A DNA stretch of 63,864 nt, the filler included, from Cercozoa sp. M6MM (lineage: Eukaryota; Protista; Endomyxa: Ascetosporea): assembly GCA_040357565.1 (NCBI GenBank). It is 9 parts of 9 records of this genome, joined end to end, with 100 filler letters (N's around TTAATTAATTAA, not from the genome) between each part and the next. Parts side by side here need not be neighbours in the genome. Positions count along the whole stretch, not along the records: positions 1 to 17,706 come from JBDODJ010000258.1; 8 more parts are not named here. The stretch is one strand, 5' to 3'. A program made the translations under genes and the position numbers. Below the pieces are notes generated by a model. It was not told the origin of the DNA, made no database searches, and worked only from the letters and a program-made list of their open reading frames with translations. Positions 1-11,660 of this stretch are shown piece by piece. Within the stretch, counting starts at the first letter, position 1, and each line of letters starts with the position of its first letter.

Positions 1-13
1 CCCCCCCCCCCAG

Positions 14-1027
14 CTGCCGACGCTGTCGCTGCGTCTGTCGACATATGACACGGCCACGTTGGACGACATTGCCGACTACACGAGGCTGAGTGAAAAGGTA
101 CCCTCTCGACCCTGTCTGGTCACTCACTCAGTGGGAAGGCACCAGTGAGACACGTGTGTCTGTGTCTGTGTGTGTAGTTGGAATCGATCAGCAAGATCAA
201 TGAGACGCTGCTTGGCATGTGCACTGAGGTCGGTCTACTTACCCCTACCTTCCCCTACCTTTTACCCCTACCTTCTACCCCTTTATCCTCCTACCCCAGG
301 TCGAACTGGCCAACGGACGCTTCCGACGCGAGGTGCTCGGTCAGACCGACGGCGATGCCGACGGCGTGCCCGAACACGTGCGTCGCAAGCGCGTGCGTTT
401 CTTGTCTGGAGGGGAGGCTATACAGGGGCTATACAAAGGGGTGAAGCGAGGGGAGGGTAAAGTGCCGCTTGTGCAGGTGCTGTTCAGCAGTATCGACGAG
501 GATCTGCAACGCTGTCGTCGCGCGCAGCAGTCGCTCAATAGTCGCGTCACTCAGCTCCAGGGTAGAGACCCTTTACATCCCTACCCTTCTCCTGCCCTTT
601 ACCCTGCCCTTTACCCCCCTTTCCCCTTCCCCCTGCTCAGCCGACCAGCAGTACGTGCAGCGACTGGAGCGCGAAGTGAGCGATTTCGTCACGTCGCGTC
701 GCGCCGAGGCTGACTGTGAGTTTACCCCCCTCCCTCCCTTGACCCCTCATACCCGTCCTTGTAGCCCTGCGCGAGTACCTGCAGCAGCAGCAGCGGCAGC
801 ACCAGCAACACCAGCAGCAGTACCAGTCGCAGCAACCCTACGGAGGCGTGCCTGCATACGGCCAGCAAGCCAGTGCTCCGCCTTCCTCTGGTTACGGGAT
901 GCCTGGTGGCTACGGCATGCCATCCCAGCAACATCAGCAGCCGGGACAGCAACCGGGACAGCAGTACCCGCCGACCTCTGGTGGCTACAATCCGCCTCAT
1001 TATGGCAACCGTCCCTATGGCCAGTAG
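14..1027 (+). CDS. 3' part of ALIX/BRO1-like protein (end of V domain plus Gln/Pro/Gly/Tyr-rich tail), multi-exon, 5' truncated
   Basis: Hand-spliced GT-AG exons give ...YVQRLEREVSDFVTSRRAEADSLREYLQQQ followed by a Q/P/G/Y-rich tail ending TAG at 1025-1027. This resembles the ALIX V-domain end (SDIVFARKTERDELL) plus proline-rich region. Confidence 0.6.
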
Positions 1028-1351
1028 TATTTACTGAGTTGAATGTGAAGTTGCGTTGCTGTGTCTCGCTCGTGTTAACTAACGTGGGACTATCGTATAG
1101 CACCTACTTTACGCCGATACATCCGCCATTGTTTTCTTCGCTTCATGTCTATCCGTAACGTCACCAGCACGACGGACTCAACCCAGGACCATATTTCGTG
1201 CTGGTGGTACTATACGGTAACGAGCGTAGATAGTACTCCCGGCAATGCGCTAAACTATTTGCTCGGACTGTTTGCGAGTGTTGCTTCGCTCCAGTTAGCT
1301 TAGGTAGAAAAAGACATGACGTGAACTGAAAGCTGCAATTCATTGATGGGG

Positions 1352-3203
1352 TTAGAACAGGCCAGTCATGGGCACGGCCTCGCCATCGCTCTCGCTTTCG
1401 CTTTCGGCGGCTTGCGCTTGCTAAACGGAAAAAGCAGAGCCACTGAATTGGTTCAAAAGCAGAGCCACTGAATTGGTTCGAGCCAAACTTAGACGCGATA
1501 GGTACCTGAAGTCTCAGTTGCTCAAGCTGCTTGCGTCGCTCGGCGACGGGATCACGCGGTTTGCCTGTTGGACATGAACAGCCAAATATTGATTCCCAGA
1601 TCACACGATCACACATATCGGCAAGAGACAGAAAACACACCGCCAACGGCAGGCTTCTTGCTCTTACGCTCGGCTGCTCTGCGTCGGAGTTCTACAGTCA
1701 GACAGCCAATCAAGTCAGTTCGGTCGACCAGTCAATCAGTAAGCCAGTCAGTCAGTGAGTCGCTCAAGTGAGCCAGTCAGATAAGACAGTTGGCTTAAGC
1801 GTGCATACCCTCATCGCGCTGCTTGTTGCGCAGCACGCGCTGCTCCTCTTCCGTGAGTGTCTGGCGCGGCGACACGCGGTACAGGTCAAGCACTTCTTCC
1901 TCTAGCTGGTGCGTGTGCGGGCCAACCTATACTTGTCCATTTTAGACGAGTCTGGCTGGTGTGCAGGCGTGCCCTACCAGAACAAGCGAGTGCAACGGCG
2001 CGCCAAAGTCAATCTCGCGCAGTTCCGCCAGTGTGCCCTGTATGTTAGCTTGCCTTCAGGCACTTAGACATTACTCCCCTCGCAAGACAAGGTACAGCGC
2101 AGATCATCTGGTCGTGCTGGCCGACACGAGCCAAACCGACGGCCATAGCGTCCGGACCGCAAACGCCTATCAGAGTGGCGTACATATAGTTAAGCTTAGC
2201 TGTTCAAAAACAGGCAGCAGCACATACCGTCACCACGTCTTTCTTCGATCATGATCATCAGGTCACAGGCCTGCTGAACCGTCATGTAGCGCGGAGGTTC
2301 GTAGATCGGCAGGCCCTTGGCCATGTTGATGACCGACTGCTCCTTGACCTGCAGACACATGTGCGTATATATGTTGACAGGTATATCTCTAAGAAGAGTT
2401 CACCTTGATGTCCAGAAGAGCAAGTGTGTGCAGACCAATATCACGGTTGTTGCGAATCTTGTCGTACCTGTCATAGACAATATGGCACATCCAGGTACAC
2501 TACAGTGGACGTGCATACCACGAATCGACTTGGGTGTGTTCGTCCCAGAAACACAATGTAATGGTTTGGCCAAAGTTGTACAACTGGAGACCTACACAAG
2601 ACACACGTCAAGAAGAACTGTCTGCCAAGAGCAAACTCGTGTATACCACAGGCGGCGCAGGCGTTCATGATGGAGGCGTTGTGGATGACCTTGACTTCGA
2701 CGCCCTTGTCACGCGCCGCACGCAGCAGAAAGTCCGTGTGTGTTGTGGCACTGACAAACGCACACACACATGAGTAGGCAGGTAGAGCACAAACTCCCAA
2801 GTCACCTGGGCTGTACCAGAAGGGATCGCCGACAACGAGGAAGGAGACAGAGCCCTCTTTGGCGGGATCAATGATCTGGTCCGAGAACTGCTCCACCATC
2901 TCTCTGTCCGCGACCTGTGACACATACATTCGCAACAAACACACGCACACGCATTGTCCCAGCGCCAAAAGAATCCATCGCACCGTAACGTCCTTGCCAT
3001 AGAAGGCCGACAGGCGGTCAACGCCACAGCTCAGAATCGCCGTGTATGCTTCCAGAAAAACCTAAATGCAACCAACATTCCTCATAGGCTACGCACATTG
3101 TTTCCGGAAACGATGGTACCTTGTCACTGGACTGAACGGCCTTGAGACCCTTGACGGTGATGTCCTCCTCGTCACCCAGACCGAGACCGATGATGTACAA
3201 CAT
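1352..3203 (-). CDS. DPH5: Diphthine methyl ester synthase with spliced C-terminal extension
   Basis: MLYIIGLGLGDEEDITVKGL, VFLEAYTAIL, VADREMVE, FLVVGDPF, ATTHTD, IHNASIMNA, LQLYNFGQT, GLHTLALLDIK, YEPPRYMT, DFGAPLHSLVL. Introns checked are GT-AG and phase-compatible through TAA at 1354-1352. Confidence 0.95.
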
Positions 3204-3582
3204 CTCAACTATACTAATGTGCTCAAGTGCGTGTTGATGTACAGCGCAATCCAACACACGAGTCAGCGCTTGTATCGCCTCTTTTGACTGCTTCCTCGCT
3301 GCTTGGCGCAAAATGCAGAATCTGTTAAGGGGGCGTCCTTCTTTCTTCGCACTTTTTTCAATTTCAATTTTTGACCTAAGCAAACTTCATCCATTAACAA
3401 TTTGAGTCATTTTATGTAGAGAAAATTTGGTAAAAGCTGGAAAATGTACTTGTTTCACATTCCTCTTTTATATATTTTTCGGGTTTTTCGATAATCCCCT
3501 GACCTGGGCTGACATCACACTTTTTCTCTCTGTGGGCTTCGCGACTCGCAGTTTGGCCTCACAGGGCATTCTCTTGGGGGTC

Positions 3583-6500
3583 ATGTCGATTCGCTACAAG
3601 TTTAAGGTCCGTTTAGCAGCTTGGGTTGGGTCGGTCCAAAATTTGTGTGTCGTTTTTTGTCTCCGTGTCGGTGTTTTGTTTGCGAATAGTGTTTTGCTTT
3701 TTTGGTGCTGTTTTTGCGCGCATTGGGTGTATGAATGGTTTAAATTGAATTTTGGGTGGCTTAGAGTGAGCAAGCTTGGTCGAACATCGAGTTTGACGCC
3801 TTGTCGATGCCGGTCGGTGAAGTAAAGCGCGCCATATTGTCGCAACGAGGTCTTGAGGGCGCCACCGACTTTGACTTAGCCTGTAACGAAGCGCGTACCG
3901 GCAGATCACTGGTAAACTTTTCCTCCTGCATTCACACTCCCTGCACTTTTCCGCTCCTCCCATTCTTCCATCCATCCCATCCCATCCCATCCCATCCCAT
4001 CCCATCAAACTCTACTCAACCCCACACCACCCAACCTCTTCCTGGGAGCGGAAGAAAGTGGACGCAGCTCGACTAGTTTTCGTGTGTCTCTTGAGTTACT
4101 GCTTGCCACAACCGCTGTGCGGCGCGTTTGTTTGAGCAATTGTGGCTGAGTGAGAAAGAAAGAGTTAGATGTCTCATCGTTATGTTATTCGTATCCGTAG
4201 CGTAAGGACGAGATGGTCGAACGCGGCTCGTCGCTCATCGTGGTGAGGCAGCCGGTGGCGGCTCAGACCATTTTCGGTGGTGTGGAGGAGCGCGTGGCTT
4301 CGGCGTCGTCGACGGCCAGTGGCGAAAGTACCGACGGTGGTGGCTACGACATGAGCGACATGGTGGATTTCTTCGCCAGCGAGCAGAATCACAACCCGTT
4401 CAGCAACGCTGCCACTGGTACTTTGCGCTTAGATATGTATATGTGTGGTGTATATCTGTATTTTTGTGTCAGGTGTTAGCACTGGTGGTGGCGGTTTTGG
4501 CGGCGCGCGCGGCCAGTCGGTGGCGTCGTACGCTCCGCCGCCGCGCTCGAACCGCGACCGCGCGTCACAGCCTTTGCCACCGGGCTATGTGTGCAAGATC
4601 TGCGGTCTGCCGGGCCATTGGATCTATGTGTGTCCGCGCAAGCACCTGGTACTCTGCCCGTCTTCTTGCTGCCCTTGGTTGTTGTATGTGTCTGTCTTGT
4701 TGTAGCCACGAAGCGAGCAGCGTGTCGGCCTGCCGAACGGCGGCCTGACGCACGGCGTGCTGCCCGTGGTGCCAGGCAAGGTGACCTCGAAGGCGCCGCA
4801 CACTGGCGTGTCGCCCACGGCCGCTGCCACGCTGCAGCCGCCGGCGCTGGCGTCGACTGGCCGCGCCGCGTCACTCAAGGCCAAGCAACAACAGAAACAG
4901 CGCGCCGACGCTGCTGCCAAGAGCGATACCGATCACGTGTCGTCGGCGCCGCCGAGTGACACGAGCGACGTCGACGCCGACCACGCGCGCACCAGCAGCA
5001 CCAGCAAGGTAATAATTAAAACTCTGCGACGCTTTACGCCGATTGCGACACGCCCTCCTGGCATCGCTCCTGATACCCCATATCCCCACTTTGGTTCCGC
5101 TCGTGATAAGCTGCGCACGAGCTCAAACAACTTGAAGCACAAAAGAAACAAGCTGGTGCTATCAGTATGTCTTGTGCCCGCTCGCTTCGGGTCGGACAGC
5201 TGTGAGCCACTCGCATTAAAAGTAACAATGGCAGTCGCAGAGTCCGCAGTTGGCATGGGCCAGACACAAAAAAGCCGAGTGCTGTTTTTTTTTGCATTTT
5301 TCTCGTTTTTTGCGGGGCCAGTTTGACCGGTTTTGTTTTTAACGGGATCTGGAAGCGCTAGCGCGTGTGAGTTTTGGTTTTGGGGGCGTTAGAGCGACTA
5401 GGAGGGTGTTTGGGTGTGAGTGTGTTTCAGATATTTTGAGGTTTTTTGTTTCTTGAGCAGTCAGTGCCTGAGGGTCTGAAATGCCCGCTCACCAAGAGAC
5501 TACTGGAAGAACCAGTTGTGGTGCCATGCTGCTTCAAGACGTTCTCACGTGTGCCGCTGATGCAACGCTTGGTACAACAACATTTGTTTGATACTTTCTA
5601 TTTGGGTATAACATGGGGTTTGTGTAGTGGAAGAATAAGAAAGACGGACACACGAAGGAAACGCTGGTGGGCTTGTGCCCGGCGTGCGGCAATGAGGTGC
5701 ACGCCGCTCAGCTGCGTGCTAATACAGTGGTGGCCAAACAATGCGCCGATTTCGAGTACCTTCCTTCCGGTTCTGTGTCGTTCTCTTCTTGTATTCCCTC
5801 TCTCCTAAAGGACCAGTCAAGCCAACAAGAACATTGGCGTTGCAGCTGCCTCCGCGTGGGGCGTTGAAAAGCCTGCTCCCAGCGAACCAGTTTCTTCCAA
5901 GTCTTCCAGATCGGTATTGTTTGTTACATGTGTTGTGTGTCTGTGTGTCTGTGTGTCTGTGTGTAATTTGTTTGTGCGTGCAGCGGCGACGGACGCCTTC
6001 GAGAGAGCGCAGCAGACGCAAGCGGTCTCGAAGCTCGGTACTTTGTTCTCTTCAACTGTTGCTTTCTTGTTATTTTGTTGTTTGCACTTAGCGACGCTCG
6101 AAGCGTGGCGTCACCGGCAACGTTTCTCTGAGTGACGTTATGAACTTTGCTCAACCTGGTACATACACCTTTTTCTGCTTCTATATAAGGGGAGGGTAAG
6201 ATATATAATATGTATTGTGGCACAGGCACTGTGGCACATCGCGTTTCCGGCGGTGAACGTCGCTCGCGTGGTACGTTGTGCAACCCGCTCTCGGTTAACC
6301 ATTCGCCCCTAACTATTGTGTCTGTGCAGACCGACGCTCGCACAGTCGGCAGCACCGCAGCAATCGTCGCAGTCGCAGTCGCGATCGCGATCGCCGAGAG
6401 CCTGCTCGTGAGCGCCGTGAACGTGACCGTGAGTCGCGACACCGCGAGAGCGAAACTCGACACCGCGAGAGCGAAACTCGACAACGCGAGAGCGAAACTC

Positions 6501-6760
6501 GACGCCGCGAAAGCGAGCATCGGCCCCGTGAAAGCGAGCATCGGTCCCGTGAAAGCGAACATCGGCCCCGTGAAAGCGAAAAGCGACATCGCGAGAGCGA
6601 GCATCGACGTCGTGAGAGTTCGCACAAGTCGTCGCATGAGCGTTCGACTCGGCGCAGCGGCGACAAGTCGCACGAGCGCAGCAGTCGTCGCGAGAGCAGT
6701 CGCCGAGAACGCGGCCGATCCCGCGATCGCTCGCATCGCGAACGACACCACCGACATTGA
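3583..6760 (+). CDS. RBBP6: RBBP6/Mpe1-like E3 ligase and 3'-end processing factor (DWNN, zinc knuckle, RING/U-box-like, RS/RE-rich tail)
   Basis: MSIRYKFK|SEQAWSNIEFD...VGEVKRAI...TDFDL (DWNN); PPGYVCKICGLPGHWIYVCP (zinc knuckle); LKCPLTKRLLEEPVVVPCCFKTF...CPACG (RING-like); Arg/Ser/Glu-rich last exon ending TGA at 6758-6760. Confidence 0.88.
6435..6620 (+). repeat. 21-nt coding tandem repeat (RESETRH/RESEHRP heptads) in the RBBP6 tail
   Basis: About 8 units of cgcgagagcgaaactcgacac / cgtgaaagcgagcatcggccc. Confidence 0.9.
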
Positions 6761-7137
6761 CCGCACCCGCTCTGTTTCGAGCCGGTGATCTGAGTCTGGC
6801 TGGAGTGATCGGACACGACGCCTGTACATATCTGTCGTGTTTCCAACATGACGTCTTTTGCGTTTCCCATGCTCCGCTCCGTCGCGCGCGTCGCTGCTTT
6901 CTTTTCGTTTATTTATCTCTCGGTGATGTGATACGATACGATGCGATGCGATGGATTATGCGACTAATACGCGACAGATGGATGGGAAGGCCCACGCCAC
7001 ATCGCACGCATTCGCTTACGTTAATTATGGTTCAATATACGATAGACCGATCAATAAATATCTCGGTTCAGCTAAACTTAGTAGGGTAGCTGTCTCTTAA
7101 ATTTGTTAGCCTGAGTCGACCTGGCGACTTATGTTTG

Positions 7138-9259
7138 TCATCTCTGTTCCTCCTCGCGGTCTTCGGTGGGCCAGCGACGCCAGACCGTGGTGGTCTCCTC
7201 GCCCAGCTCGCTCAAAGGTCGGCCGTGATCACGACGCTCCTTTCGCGGTCGAGGCCTCGCATAGGCAACGCTTGCATCGTCGAAAGACCTAAAGGACACA
7301 CAAGACTTAGAAAAGTGGTATAGTGTTATTATCTAAATTTATCTACCTGTTGCAATCACGCCACTTGATTGAGGGGCGCAGTTGCGACCACTGCTCGCGT
7401 TTCTTTCTTCTCTCAATGGTTGAGTCAAACCGAGTGAGTGGAAGCTGCACCGTCGGAGGCAATGGAGCGAGGTGAGGCGAGAAAGTGCACTCTTTCATTT
7501 CTTCGATTTGGCGCCAACGGAGCTTTTTTAGATATTCTTGTTGACGCCATGCCGCTCTTCTTTGCCCTACGTACTATACTGTAGAAAAACGAAGCCCAAC
7601 ACTATCGAGCTTAATTCAATACCCTCCGCGTGCAATCGCTCAACGACGTCACTTTGCTTCGCCGGTCGTTTGCGATGCGAGTGTGCCTCGCTTTCGATTG
7701 AGCTTGCTCGCGGTGCTCCACGGGCAGCTGCAGTTTCAGCTTGACTTTGCTCTGCTTCCGACTTCAATCTTGAGCTTCCACTCGAAGTTGTCGAAACATC
7801 TCCGGCTTCTGCGTTGACCAGCTCAGACACCGGCACCGGTCCCAACTTTGATGTTGCTTCTGCTTCTCGCCGTGCCTTGGGTTTTTCTTGTTTGAGCACT
7901 TCGGTTTCTGGGCGGGCGTGACGCTCTTCCAAACGGGTAGACTTGGTCTCTTCGTTTTTCCTGTCGGGCGATGCTTCGTGCAGGCGCGGTGGCGGCTTTG
8001 GTTTCACGCGAGAGACCTTGGTCGACACGGAGGAACTCACAATGGAATCCAGCGGAACACCAACCTTCGTCGTTGTGTCTTCAGCTTCGGTATTTTGTTG
8101 AACCGATAGAGCAGTGTTTCTTGCTTGATCAGATCTAGATCCGTTACTTTTCGGGGATGCCGTTGTCCAACCACGCACAGCAGCGGCGTAGCTTTCTGGT
8201 GTCGAGGATCGTTTCGACTGCTTACGTTGTGCTAGCTTGGTGATGCTGCAACACAAGAATTGAATCCTTGGTGTCAATTTTATATTGAAGCGATCCAAAG
8301 ATCAAGTTGTACCTTGCACGTTTATGCCACCGACGACTGATTCGTTTGAGTGCTTTCTCTTCGAGCTCGTGCTTCTTCATGTCGCGGAGAGAAGTTTTGC
8401 GAGCGAGCACCGGCTTGGTGATCTGCTGTTTTGAGACTTGCCGTTGTTTCAAAGACTCTGTTGTCGACTGAAGGCGTGAGGTGTGACCGCTCAAACTCGC
8501 CTTCCTGTTCTTTGCGAGCCTTCGTTTCTCGAACGCTGTTGTTCTCGCCGACATTCGAGTTTGGGTTCCAAACAGTCGCGGTTTTGAACCTCGCTTTTGA
8601 CCATCCCACTGTCGCTTCGCTTCTAAAAGCGCCAGCTGGCGTCGCGATAAAGTCGGAGTTGGGCTTTCACCTTTCAAAACTTGCAAATAGGTGGGTTTAA
8701 CACTGTCTGAAGGTTTCTCAGGTTCGAATTCTGCCCGAGGTTCAAGGTTCACACCCTCCGAAACTGTCTCAAACAAGACCACCGGCGGTCTCAAGGCGTC
8801 TAGGGACATGCTTCGTCCCAGCGATCTTGCAGGCTGCGGCGATGTGTTCGTAAAGCCGTCTGCTACCGCAGTAGCAGTTGAGTGACGCCGTTTGTGCTTC
8901 AAACGTTCGCTCAGTCGACGTCGCCACCGAGATCGCGTTGGTCCCGACATGCTCTGCTTCCAGTTCAGGTCCGAGGTCGAAGCTTGAGACTGTGCCTGCT
9001 CCGGCTTTGACGAAGCTGACTGAGAGCGAGCTGACGATGAGTTTCTGCTGAAGCGCCGACGGATCTTGTCACCAAACTTACTGAGTGATCGGCGGGCGCG
9101 CTGGAACGAGGAGAGCGAAGATGCGCGTGACGAGACTGAGTTTGGCAAACTTCCTCCTCGTGACGTTGAAGTGGACTTTTCGGGTCCGCTAACTTCTCCC
9201 GCCTTTGAGGTGCTGGAGGAGTGCAGCACCATTGCGTCATGAGAACAGCCTGAAGACAT
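7138..9259 (-). CDS. Ser/Arg/Lys-rich hypothetical protein with an ERL...ECTFxP motif, possibly cytoskeletal
   Basis: Two long ORFs (8222-9283 and 7567-8298) join across a GT-AG intron near 8311-8247. A downstream exon gives VVERLHAEGQRRAAWRQQEYLKKLRWRQIEEMKECTFSPHL. The 3' exon structure is uncertain. Confidence 0.55.
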
Positions 9260-9991
9260 CGCGAATAGACCACTTTGACGCACAGTTTTCGACAGCGCTG
9301 AGGCTCAGCTTAGCTTTCAATTGATTTAGCCTACTCAACGCAGTCTACGGTGCCCATATACTTCGTGCAGCGAACAGACTGTCTTGCCAGGCTGCGGTCA
9401 GTCGGTCAGAGTTGACTTGTCACAGTGTGCACGTGACCCATTGCCGACTCGGAGTCGATGACCCAATATCACAAGCTATGCATCGCACAGTTTGACTGAT
9501 TCAGTCGTATAGCGCACTTTAGTCAGTTGTGTCGGATACGATCGACACCTTCTGGCTCGCGGCGAGCGTACAGTAGAATAAATCCGACTTAACTCCGCGC
9601 GGCAGGCGAATGAAACGCGAAGGAAGCTGTTGTTTTTGCGTAACACGCGACAGAACCAGTTCGAATAATTTAGTTTCTTACGCTATTGTATACAGAACGC
9701 AAGATACCGCACGATCGGATATACCCATACGCTTCGTAAATACGGACCCACTCCTGACTGGTGCAGGGGAACTAAGTTTACAGAGTTGGTTTCCGAAAGA
9801 CTCAACTAACTAACTCACCGTGACGCTATCGTATGAGCGCGCCGTCGCCGCCCGGCTAAAGGTGTGCGACGTCGGCGCCACGTTTGACGGCTTCGTGTCG
9901 CCAAGCTTCAACGTTCTTAGAAGACTGAACTAACGTAACTAACTATCGTATGAGCGGAGGCGCAACACTGGCAGGCAGGACTCTGCAAAGT

Positions 9992-11106
9992 TTAGCAGGT
10001 AGGCGCCGAAAGCACCGCACGTAGCAACGCTTGATATCTACTCTTGCCTAAAAGAGGAACACCACAGATAGATGAAAGAGAGAACACCACAGATAGATGC
10101 TTACGCTGCCCAAGATATCCTAAGTGCCAGAATACCAAAAAGTGGGTGCGGCATTTCAGCCAAAATCTCGGCACGCTCCATGGCGGCGCCTTGGGTGTCC
10201 TCTTTATTCTCCATCAGTGCCCACACCTGGCACAAAAACAAGAGGTTGCTTCGCAATTGCAAAGGCCGTTAGGACAAAGATACAGTGCGAGGGAGACTGG
10301 TCTCAACGGTAGGATCGAAGTGCTGCTGGGAGGCAGGATCTTCCATCGGGTCGGCGAAGCTTCCGAAGGCTTCTTCCGCACCTGATTTCGCGAATGAATA
10401 AAACCACAAGAGCACGGGGGAGGTGAGAGGAACGAAAAAGACAGTTAGAGCAGCAACACACAGCGACAGATGCCGAGTCGATTGGCCACCAGATCAGGCA
10501 CGTAGACGACGCCAGCTTGTGCCAGGAGGGGCGACACCTGCAGTGACGCAAGCTGGTTGTTGGCACCGCCGCACACGAGGCGCAGCTTGCCGCGACACTG
10601 CGACAACTCGTGTGCCAGTCGCTCCTGCAGATTCAGGTTACCACCATTCTCACAAATAAACCACCTGGTGCGATGAACTAACTTACAGTCAGGACGCCGC
10701 CGACAGCACACGGAACTGCCAAAAACAGAAACACTGACTCTGTCAAGAAAACACACCACAGCAGAACGGCTTACCAAACACATCAAACTGCGCAAGCTGC
10801 TCTGCCGTTGGAGCATCCGTCTGGATGCGCAGCGTCACATTCGGTCGCTTCAGCAGTTCTGCTCGCATAGTGCTACCCCGCACAACACAACATAGCAAGT
10901 GCAGTTTAGATATTACAACCACAGTGCCTTGTGTACCAACGAGCACTCGGGTCAGAGCGCGACAGGACAGTCACCTCGGCACCAGCACTGGACAGCACGT
11001 CCACACACTTCGCTCCGACGCCACCGAAACCTTGCAGAATGACTGAACTGCACGCACACACACATACGGTGATGTCACAACACTCAATACACTCAATGCA
11101 CAAACA

Positions 11107-11150
<44 letters not shown>

Positions 11151-11160
11151 NNNNNNNNNN

Positions 11161-11208
<48 letters not shown>

Positions 11209-11607
11209 GCACAGTAGACAAAATCACCGTTTCTCCAAAAGACGGCGTCGCTGCGCGAGATCGAAAAAGTCGAACGTGGCGGTTTCGTTGTCGATGCGGT
11301 GCAGTGCACTCAGCAGCGCACAGGCGACGCCAGTACCCGTGAATGCCGAGGGATCGCCAGAGCCGCCCTGCCACACCGGGAGACACGTCACGAAACGTGA
11401 CTGTCGCGACACTTGGTGCGCATCCTGCGACGTCATGCCGATGTCGGCCACGGCGGCATGGAACACTCCTCGCAAGCTGCGTCAGTTGTGGCAGCACAGT
11501 CAATACAGCCAACAAGCACTCCAACTGCAACACAAGCCTACCGAGAAACAAGAGCGCCGAACTGATGCAAACTTCGGTCGCACTCTTCTCTATATTCAGG
11601 GCGAGTC

Positions 11608-11660
<53 letters not shown>

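Noticed and set aside
5924-6870. Long overlapping ORFs on both strands (301, 192 and 185 aa)
   Set aside because: These are shadow frames of the stop-poor 21-nt coding repeat in the RBBP6 tail.
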